A DNA stretch of 63,905 nt, filler included, from Octopus bimaculoides (lineage: Eukaryota): NCBI RefSeq assembly GCF_001194135.2. It is 6 parts of 6 records of this genome, joined end to end, with 100 filler letters (N's around TTAATTAATTAA, not from the genome) between each part and the next. Parts side by side here need not be neighbours in the genome. Positions count along the whole stretch, not along the records: positions 44,357 to 58,353 come from NC_068987.1; positions 58,454 to 60,782 come from NW_026391114.1; positions 60,883 to 62,525 come from NC_068986.1; positions 62,626 to 63,905 come from NC_068999.1; 2 more parts are not named here. One strand, given 5' to 3'. Both the position numbers and the translations under genes were made by a program. Shown here piece by piece: positions 54,380 to 63,905 of this stretch. Each line of letters starts with the position of its first letter. The stretch's first letter is position 1. The notes under the pieces are model-generated. The model did not search any database. It saw nothing but the letters and a program-made list of their open reading frames with translations, and was not told the origin of the DNA.

Positions 54380-55190
54380 AGTCTTGTTTCGGTTTGAATT
54401 TTTCGTTGAGTACTTCTTCGTGTGTTGAAACGAAGAAATGAGATGATTTTTGGCAGCTTTACATGTCACGTGATATGAACATTGCAGAGAACATTGGCAG
54501 CTCTCCTGCGTCAGATGGTTTTGGCAACTTCCCGTATTTTGTGACATGGAGGTAGCAGAGAACATTTGCAAAAATTGACAGCCTTCCTGTTCCACAAATT
54601 TCATTCAATCACAGCGCAACATATATTTTAAATGAAAGTCCGTATTACAATTAAGGTCAAAATTCACTCCTTTGCTTATGATCTCCATGACGAGGCAATG
54701 TAGTTCCCTGTCGATACTCTGGACAGGATAAAATAGAATCCATAGTTTTACTTTAATAAAAGCCTCGCTTGCTGAATTGATCTTTTGCAATTGTATCGAG
54801 TTAATTTCGCTGTTTAAAGAATTTATCCAGAATAGAATTGCGTTTTGCAGATGATATTTCTTCGTTCTAAGTTTCCTTCTTTTTGACTTTTTGACATTGC
54901 TTCTAACTTTTATAGGGCTCCATCAAATATTGTAGGGATGTGCCCAAACCAGTTTCTCTTCGCCCTTAATATCAAACATCTTTCGCATTACAACTGCCTA
55001 AAAGAACATTCAACGTTTGCTGAACTTTCTTTTCTTGATTATTTTCACTCTGGTGGCCCAAACTTTTTCATCGTTTGGGATATAATCCGCTCTCACTATC
55101 AATTTGCCAAAGACTTTATGTTTAAGGTGTCTATTGTACGTCCTTTTCACCTATTGATTTTAGCGATGCAATCAGACTGGGGTCATTGCC
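54380..55190 (-). mobile_element. Possible decayed hAT (Tip100/ZMYM-like) transposase fragment
   Basis: SILSCPEYRQGTTLPRHGD (cf. RQG.ALRGH) followed by ATSMSQN (cf. ATY.S..IQN). Weak; many stops. Confidence 0.25.
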
Positions 55191-55303
55191 GTTAATCGGG
55201 TCAGCTATGAAACCGAAGAACAAATACAAGCCAAATATTGAGAGGGAATTGTCTTCGGTTTGAGAGAAACATTCTGAGGATGTCTGCTACGTTCTGCTCA
55301 CAT

Positions 55304-55304
<1 letters not shown>

Positions 55305-55386
<82 letters not shown>
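55305..55386. repeat. (GATA)n microsatellite abutting the Tx1-like 3' end
   Basis: Directly visible. Confidence 0.95.
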
Positions 55387-55869
55387 TGTTTCTTTATTGG
55401 CCACACAGGGCTGAACACAGTGGGGACAGAATACAGAGTAGAGCTTTTCTTTTTGGGAAGAAGAGAGAAACAAAAAATGGGTCGAATTTCGATCAAAAGG
55501 GATCGTGGAAAAAAAAGGGGGGGAAAGGCCGATCAATAGGAACGTGTATCACAGAAATGTCAATGTAAAAAGGGAAAACAGATTAGGTTTGTCCGTGGAA
55601 AGAAAAGCCTACGGAAATGACCACGGTAACCTTGGGCAATAATGTCATGCAAAAAAAATAAAAACGCATTACAGTAAGTGACTCTCTTTTTTCCTTTCTT
55701 CTTTTTTTTTTTGTTTCATAGGATTATGCTCAAGCTGGCTTCGTCATTCACACGTGCCATCTTTGCTGCATTCACCCATCTTTTTTTGAAACATTCACTA
55801 GACAAAACTTCCCTCTCTACTCTCACCTTCCTCTTCAAGTGATACTTGATGAAGTTGATGAGAGATCTC
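55387..55869 (-). mobile_element. 5'-truncated Tx1/L1-clade LINE: ORF2 C-terminus, 3'UTR and AATAAA
   Basis: SLINFIKYHLKRKVRVEREVLSSECFKKRW...SIIL* (E...F...W C-terminal motif), then ~330-bp UTR ending GCCAATAAAGAAACA(TATC)n. Confidence 0.7.
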
Positions 55870-56620
55870 GGACGAGTTAGTGCACCAACTTGACTGGCAC
55901 TGTTTGGCATGTTTTTTTATGCTCAGCCTTCGAGTCTTTACAACGGATCTTGGATCAATGCGGTACCATCACTCATGCCCAGCACTCAGCTTGACTGCGA
56001 GTGTCTGCGCATCGGCGTTACCTTGAGATTTGTTTTCCAGATCTGTATGATTCGTGAATGCCGCCTCCACCGCGGATCCACTCTAGGTTCTGTCGACCGC
56101 TACCCACTGTCACGCTGTTGCGAGCTAGCCGCCTTCCACGCCATGCCGCCCTTACACGCCCCAGGCTTCCCTTCCCAGCTCCAACCAGCGAGGGGACAGT
56201 AAAAAGTTTGATGGTATGGCAATTTTCCCGATCCGTAGCGGTAGGCCCCTCACCTGGCATGTCACATGCGGTGATACCTTCTCCGGGCGTCAACCGGATA
56301 TGTTCGATTACCGACCCAGGCTCCGCTGCTCGTCAGGCTGAGAAAAGCCAACTGTCAGGGTATCAGTTGCTCTGTGATGGGTTTGTGGTCGAGCCTGTGG
56401 CAGTGGAGACCTCCGGTGTTCTTCGCCCCTTGACCATAACCCTGCTCCCCGTTATCGGGGTGGAGATTGCTGCCCGCAAGAGCAAGCTCCGTTAGTCAGA
56501 GTGGCTTCCCCAGTGTATCTCGCCCGCTATCCTCTTCCGGGGCAACGCCTTTTCCATTTTGTCTGAGGCGGTCTGGCTTCCAGGAAAATGTGTCAACAGG
56601 CCAAAGTATTTAATTAATAA
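55862..56620 (+). mobile_element. CRE-clade non-LTR retrotransposon 3' fragment (CCHC knuckle and restriction-like endonuclease)
   Basis: Across frameshifts: GSWINAVP...LRIGVTLRF; YPLS...RHAAL; GDSKKFDGMAIFP..SGRPLTWHVTCGDT; AARQAE...EPVAVETSG; AILFRGNA (cf. RPDG.T..PW..G..L.WD.TC.DT, P.AVET.G, AIQRGNA). Confidence 0.85.
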
Positions 56621-56869
56621 ATGCCAATAGGCTGTTGCGGGAGAGAGGTGTGGGAGTGGAAACAAATTAGTTTTTAATAGTTTAGAGGTTTGTAGACGTC
56701 TTACTTTAATTGAAAGAACGCAGCTATGTAAATGATTGAAAGAAATATGTGATAAATTAATCTAAACTACGCTTATGACATACATACATACATACATACA
56801 TACATACACATACAGAGAGAGCGAGATGCACAAACATATAAACATACAAACACGCCCATACATACGCAT

Positions 56870-56901
<32 letters not shown>

Positions 56902-57144
56902 TTATGGTTTGTATAGCAGCTACATAAACCATAAATGAAGCGAGGTAGAAAATATTGATGTTGAAGATATTTTCAAAAACTCAAATTATGAAAAGATAAC
57001 CTGCACAAAAAGCAACATTCTATCTAGTATAGTGAATGAAAATTGCTAAATAGCCAGTGTCCAGTCTGAGATGACCTTTCAAAATGATGACCTTATCATC
57101 TCGTGTTAACTTCGCAAATACAAACCATCCATGCATTCAAGCAC

Positions 57145-57211
<67 letters not shown>

Positions 57212-57689
57212 TGAGTGTGTGTGTACGTGATTGTGTGTGTGTGTGAGTGTGTGTGTGTATGTGTGTGTGTGCGTGTGCACGTGAGTGTGTGTGTACGTGT
57301 GTGTGTGTGAGAGAGTGTGTGTGTGTATGTGTGTGTGTGTGCGTGTGTGTGTGTGTGTGTACGTGAGTGTGTGTGTACGTGAGTGAGTGTGTGTCTGTGT
57401 GTGTGTGTGTGTGTGTGTGTCTGTCTTTCAGACTACAGCATAAACACCCACATTGTCCCGTGTCTGCTCTTTTCGGTTGTTAATATTTTGTAAACATCTT
57501 CCACGCCATTGAATAGACTTGTCACGCTTGCGTAAGCAGAGTCACGTAACATGGATCCTTACACACACACAACATTAAAGCCAACACTACTGGCTCTGCA
57601 CATATTACGCACATGAATGGATGGCCACATGTAGCTGTCACACACACCTGCACGCGCGCACACACACGTTTTTTTTTTTGTTTTATCTC

Positions 57690-57900
57690 TTACTTGTTTC
57701 TACCATTAGACTGTGGCCATGCTGGGGCAACACCTCGTACAAATTTTTAGTCAAATGAATCGACTACGTGACTTAATTTTAAAATATGGTACTTGTTCTT
57801 CCGGTCATTTTTGCCGAACTGGAACGTAAATACGACATCGATTGTCAAGCGGTGGTGTGGGACAAACACAGACACATACGCACAAGCATATATATATATA
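57690..57900 (-). mobile_element. Family-A SINE, 3' half
   Basis: GACTGTGGCCATGCTGG...TTTTGCCGAAC...GATTGTCAAGCG. Confidence 0.75.
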
Positions 57901-58106
57901 TCCTTTCCTTCCTTGGCTTTCGCCAAGTAACACACGCTACCACTGTCTCTCTCGGTTCCGTGCCTCATCGCGTTCATACACACATAATTTTTCTCGTCTG
58001 GCCGTAAAGCCTTCTGTTTGTTTTCCTGTCTTGTTTTTCGTCCGCCACTACATTCCTCCATGGCTAGATTTAATTTGCGTATACAGATTTAATCTGCGAT
58101 CCATGG

Positions 58107-58166
58107 GACGAGCCGTTTTAACGTTGCGTCCTGCCCGAAGCTCGTCGAAACGCCGGTGTTAAAACG
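58107..58166 (+). ncRNA. HDV-ribozyme-like pseudoknot (probably degenerate)
   Basis: Interleaved perfect stems GACGAGC/GCTCGTC and CGTTTTAAC/GTTAAAACG enclosing TTGCG-TCCTGCC-CGAA; J4/2 consensus not matched. Confidence 0.35.
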
Positions 58167-58680
58167 TGGGTAGCTGAAGAAGTAGAATGTTCTCTATGTG
58201 GCTCGTGTGTTCTCGTCTACGTTTGTGTGCAATGTCCTGTACCCAGATATGCACCTATACATACAGGTGGATGTCGGTATGCACATACCTGTACGTATAT
58301 ATGCATATACTCATTTACTTTTGTTTTTATATATATATATATATATATATAGANNNNNNNNNNNNNNNNNNNNNNNNNNNNNNNNNNNNNNNNNNNNTTA
58401 ATTAATTAANNNNNNNNNNNNNNNNNNNNNNNNNNNNNNNNNNNNNNNNNNNNGTTGTTGTTGTTGTTCTTTTAGCCCTAGGTCGTCCCTCTCTGAGCAG
58501 ATCTTGGTCCATGGCATATGGTTGATAGGTTATTGATTAAAGGCTCAGTACAGGGAAGTTGATTGATTCATTGATGCATAGTGACCCCGTCGCTAGGTCC
58601 TTGTTGTGCTTTAGGTGGGTCTGCAATGTTTGTTTTCGTATATGTATCTAAATTGCGTGTGTGTGTGTGTGTGTGTATAA

Positions 58681-58718
<38 letters not shown>

Positions 58719-58816
58719 GTGTGTATTTGTGTGTGTCTGCATAATATAGTATATATATACATCTCTGTAGATAACACACACACAAACACATATTAGAAGA
58801 TGAGAAAAAGGCTTAA

Positions 58817-59036
58817 CCCTTTAGTGTTTAAACCGGCCATATCAGGCCAAAATTTTCTTCCTGTTTTATGCTCAAACCAGTCAGCTCTGACCTCTCACAC
58901 CTACCCTACAAAGTCATTCTAAAAATAAACAGGGACATCATCAAAATCTCAGAGATACAAGATGCTGTACAATTAATTTAAAACAATGTAATTAAACAGG
59001 CTTTACGTATGACAGATTAATCTGAATGCTAAACGG
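58817..59036. mobile_element. piggyBac-like MITE (220 bp)
   Basis: TTAA|CCCTTTAGTGTT ... AATGCTAAACGG|TTAA. Confidence 0.75.
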
Positions 59037-59245
59037 TTAAAAAAATCCAAGCAGATATAATGCACACACAAATTTAAATGAATTTGTTCAGCTATCTATA
59101 TCCAGCAATCAGAAACCAGTAAATGTAAGTGGAATACACATCCATGGTTATTCCTCATCTATGACAAACAGGTCTGAACATCATTTAGGAAGAATTTCAA
59201 GAAATTTGCCAACAAAAATACATGTAGAGAAAATCACGTCTGTAG

Positions 59246-59905
59246 CCCTTTCGTTACCAACCTGGCTGAAACCGGCTCTGGCTCTGAGTACAAATGTCTT
59301 GTTTTCATAAGTTCTGAATTAAAATCTTCCACCAAACCTCAGTCACAATTTATGTTCCTAACACTAGCTGAATGATAACTAAGTTATTTTACTAAATTCT
59401 TTGTTATATTTAAAATTAATTGAAAGAAACACAGAGCNNNNNNNNNNGGCTGAAACCGGCTCTGGCTCTGAGTACAAATGTCTTGTTTTCATAAGTTCTG
59501 AATTAAAATCTTCCACCAAACCTCAGTCACAATTTATGTTCCTAACACTAGCTGAATGATAACTAAGTTATTTTACTAAATTCTTTGTTATATTTAAAAT
59601 TAATTGAAAGAAACACAGAGCACCTCAACAGAAATATGTTAACAAATGGGTCAAAATATATAATAGAGAAACAATTCTTAACCCTTTTGATGCCAACCTG
59701 GTTAAAACCACCTCTGGCTCTCTGTAGTACAAATGTCTTGTTTTCAGAAGTTCTGAATTAAAATCTTCCACCAAACCTTAGTCACAATTTATGTTCCTAA
59801 CACTAGCTGAATGATAACTAAGTTATTTTACTAAATTCTTTGTTATATTTAAAATTAATTGAAAGAAACACAGAGCATCTCAAAATAAATACAGTAACGA
59901 AAAGG
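59246..59905. mobile_element. piggyBac-like MITEs of a second family (59246-59650, inflated by a gap-flanking duplicate; 59682-59905)
   Basis: TTAA|CCCTTTTGATGCC ... GTAACGAAAAGG|TTAA for the last copy; CCCTTTCGTTACC start for the first. Confidence 0.8.
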
Positions 59906-60882
59906 TTAAATGTAGAATTCACCATATAAAGCTGATAATTGTTTCTGTTGTATCAACACATTTAGATAGAGAAAATATAATTCAGATTAATATATCTGAA
60001 AATACATGTTAACCCAAGGTTTTCAAGGTGGTCCAAAATCAGTTAAATTTGGAGTCGACCAAGGAAATATTTCCAGTACGTGAACGCATACAAAAACAAA
60101 GTTAAGAAGTATAATCTAAGAAAAGCTATTTTTGTATTCAACTGTTGGTGACATCAGTGGATAACGAAAGAATATAAACTAAAGACATGAAACAGAGACT
60201 CTATGTGATGATAATTAGTTATCTATTTATTAAATATTGTAAACTTTTTTTAGAAAAATTGTGCTTAATATCTAATATATGAAAAATTGTCTGTCGTTTA
60301 GAAAATTAGTGTTTAAGGCAAAATATAGTGTATCAATGTAAGGTAATAAGAGGATCATTAGTTTAATTACTTAGGTTCATCTTCTACAATTTGGAAATTT
60401 AGATTTCATAATCATTTTCATTCGTTTAAGTATAGAAGGAAAAGTAATTCTACAAATCTTAGTAAATGCATTTGCGACTTAAAAGATAGGAATATTAAGT
60501 ATGATTTTAAAGCAGTCCATTATTTGTTCTGCCCAATTGTACAGTATTGGCAATTCTACATGTGATTAAATGTATTATATAATTACTTCTGAATTAGAAT
60601 TATTAAATTTTAATGGGAATTTTACAATGAAATGCCGTCACAAATTTCTGAAGGTGTTTAAACATTTCAATTCTTAATTATAATTGCTTTTCATATAATA
60701 AAATCACTACAATTGTTTCCACACATCATTACACCCACAAGGTCTTTACCTAAAGCTTATTTAACTACACACACACACACACNNNNNNNNNNNNNNNNNN
60801 NNNNNNNNNNNNNNNNNNNNNNNNNNTTAATTAATTAANNNNNNNNNNNNNNNNNNNNNNNNNNNNNNNNNNNNNNNNNNNN

Positions 60883-60914
<32 letters not shown>

Positions 60915-61838
60915 AGAAACAAACACACATAACTATTTTCTTTTAAAACTTCATTGCATGAGATTGATACCATGAAATTCCTCGAATTGAGCTCTATCAT
61001 CTAAGCTTAATTAAAATATAGTTTGTTTCTAAAATAAAAAAAGATCCATCTTTTTGCCTTACTTATATTATTTTTCATGATATTTTACATCACATGTTTC
61101 TTAATACATTTTGTTTTTGCATGGGAACAAAACCCTGAAATTCTGCATACTTTCTTCTATCATTGAAGCTAAGATAAATATAGTATGCCTTTAAAATAAA
61201 AATTAAAAAACGTTATTTAGATCTAAACTTGATTGGTGGCGTTAATTCCTCTCCTATATCGTTCTCACAAATTTTGATGTAAATTTTTTTCTACTGGATC
61301 AAATCTCAATTTTTGTAATGCCAAGATATAGCTAGGGACAAGTCCTCTTCAAAAGAAAAACCCCGAAGGGTGCTGCGTGTGAGTAAATTGCGGCCTTAAG
61401 AATATCATTAAACTACTACAGTAGTTGAATGGTACATAGATACATATATTTACGCATACATTTAAATAGTGACGCATGTTTTTAACGAACTTAAATCCAC
61501 AAGTACATTTAAAATATTTCCCCCTGTTGAGTTTCGTAAATGGTTATTATACGACAAAAAGAATCTAGCTAAAAAACAAACGAGAAAAGAAAACCATTTG
61601 CCAAAGAGTGAAAGAAGAAAGGAAGTAAGAAATGGAGAAACACGAAAACATTGATAAGAAAATTCATTTCGGAAATTTTGATTTAGGTCAGTGAAATATT
61701 TCTTCGTGTGTGCGAGAGTGTGTGCACATGTGTGTAGGTGCGTGTGCGCATGTGTGTGCGTGTATGTGTATGTGTGCGTACATATGTAATTTTAGACATG
61801 CTTACAAAGTTATACGCGAAGGTGCGTATGATATATAT

Positions 61839-61872
<34 letters not shown>

Positions 61873-61925
61873 NNNNNNNNNNNNNNNNNNNNNNNNNNNN
61901 NNNNNNNNNNNNNNNNNNNNNNNNN

Positions 61926-62171
61926 AATTTGAACTCAGAATGTAACGGCAGACCAAATACCGCTAAGCATTTCGCACGGCGAGCTAACGTTTCTGCCAGC
62001 TCGCCGCACTATATATAGCAAATTGACCCCACCACTTACTCTTTGTAAGCCTAGTACTTATTCAATCAGTGTCTTTTGCCGAACCACTATATTACGGAGT
62101 CGTAAACACATCAGCATCGGTTGTCAAGCGATTTGTGGGAGAAATACAGACACACAAACATATACACACGC

Positions 62172-62235
<64 letters not shown>

Positions 62236-62935
62236 GGACTTCTTCTGTTCTCGTCAACCAAATCCACTCACAAGGCTTAGGTCGGCCCAAAGCTATAGTA
62301 GAAGAAACTGGCCCAAAGTGCCACACAGTAGGACTGAACCCGGAACCATGTGGTTAAGAAGCGATCGACTTACCTCAGCCACTCATGTGCTTATATATAT
62401 TGATATTAATAGAGGTGACAAAATGTTTCGATTTCCGAGACGTTGGAGCTTATCAAACGTACGAAACTCTCAGCCTTTCAATCACTCTGCTTCTTCTGGT
62501 AAATATTAATAAAAATACGCGTGTTNNNNNNNNNNNNNNNNNNNNNNNNNNNNNNNNNNNNNNNNNNNNTTAATTAATTAANNNNNNNNNNNNNNNNNNN
62601 NNNNNNNNNNNNNNNNNNNNNNNNNGTCATAAGAATTTAGAAACTTCGACAGAACGTGAAATCATTCGATTTCCTGGCTCTTGTGCGGGTGGCACATAAA
62701 ATACACCATTTTGAGCGTGGCCGTTGCCAGTACCGCCTGACTGGCCTTCGTGTGGGTGACACGTAAAAGCACCCAATACACTTTCTGAGTGGTTGGCGTT
62801 AGGAAGGGCATCCAGCTGTAGAAACTCTGCCAAATCAGATTGGAGCCTGGTGTTGCCATCTGGTTTCACCAGTCCTCAGTCAAATCGTCCAACCCATGCT
62901 AGCATGGAAAGCAGACGTTAAACGATGATGATGAT
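61926..62935. mobile_element. Family-C head (-), family-A copy (-, ~62010-62390) and family-D segment (+, ~62660-62935)
   Basis: Match the other copies in the window. Confidence 0.85.
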
Positions 62936-63364
62936 GTGAAACTCGAATTAGAAAACTCTATAACAATCCGTTCTTTTATAGGCATAGGGCCTAATAAATC
63001 TCTATAGTTAGCATCATGTAAGTACGGGGATAAACAGTTAAACATCGTCATTCATCTTTCCACATACTGCTGCACTTCATACGGAAGTTTTTCGTTCTCC
63101 AAAGTTGTCTTGGTGTATAAGTCGGCCTGTGGTTTTTCCTTTTTTTGCTTTAATATTTTGTTCTGGAAAATTCGACTTATATGCCAGAAAGCACCGACAG
63201 TTTTCTTCACAACCACGCAATATTAATGGGAGCAGTGGAACCAATTCCCTAACGCCCATTGTACTGCACGTATGTATTTTATTGACCATGTACCGGAAGG
63301 ACAAAAGAGACCTAAGGCTAGAAATGTTTGTTGTGAGAGAGTACTATTGTTATTTGTACCAAAT

Positions 63365-63841
63365 AACAATAATAATAATCCTTTCTACTATAGGCACAAG
63401 GCAGGGATTTTGTGATGAGGAGGATAGTCGATCACATCGACCCCAGTACCCAACTGGTACTTACTTTATCGATGCCGAAAGGATGAAAGGCAAAATCGAC
63501 TTCGGCGGAGTTTGAACTAAGAACGTAGCGACGGGCGAAATACCGCGAAGCATTTCGTCCAGCGTGCTAACGGTTCTGCCAGCTGCCACCTTAATAATAA
63601 TAATAAATTATTATTATTATTATTATTATTATTATTTCTACTGAAGGCACAAGGCCTTGAAAATTTTTTTTTGTGGGGGGGGGGACTAGTCGATTACATC
63701 AACCCCAGTGCGTAACTGGTACTTATTTTATCCACCCCGAAAGGATGAAAGGCAAAGTCGATCTCGGCGCAATTTGAACTCAGAACGTAAGGACGGACGA
63801 TATGCCGCGTGTTACTGATTCTGCCAGCTCGCCACCTTTGC

Positions 63842-63884
<43 letters not shown>

Positions 63885-63905
63885 GTTTCTGATTTAGGCC
63901 CGAGG
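63365..63905 (-). mobile_element. Head-to-tail stack of family-C SINEs with (ATT)n tails (two full copies and the tail of a third)
   Basis: (AAT)n-CCTTTCTACTATAGGCACAAGGC...GATGAAAGGCAAA...CTGCCAGCT repeated. Confidence 0.9.

Noticed and set aside
59246-59650. Apparent tandem duplication of a piggyBac-like MITE
   Set aside because: About 175 identical bases lie on each side of a 10-N gap; most likely an unmerged contig overlap.

Overview
AT-rich, repeat-saturated eukaryotic DNA that looks intronic or intergenic, most likely from an octopus draft assembly (inferred from the SINE families, microsatellite load and TTAGGG-type repeats; species not determinable here). I recognise no host protein-coding gene, tRNA, rRNA or CRISPR array; nearly all track ORFs are microsatellite or SINE read-throughs. 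Contents: four abundant SINE-type families (working labels A-D); decayed mariner, hAT-like and piggyBac-like DNA elements; fragments of RTE, Tx1/L1, CRE-clade and Penelope-like retroelements; several minisatellites; and N-gaps carrying an artificial TTAATTAATTAA linker. Best leads: (1) two ~96% identical copies of a ~600-bp MITE with GGATC termini, 8-bp TSDs, a second internal inverted-repeat pair and a central (TAACCC)n-(TTAGGG)n telomeric palindrome; (2) a SINE 3' tail that matches the 3' end of a Tx1/L1-type LINE in the same window, as one of three tails on a shared SINE module; (3) an HDV-ribozyme-like pseudoknot at 58107-58166; (4) a minimal hammerhead-like motif downstream of a Penelope remnant; (5) a Tx1 fragment and a CRE fragment fused back to back at a palindrome. 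Boundaries of decayed elements are approximate, and all alignments were done by eye.
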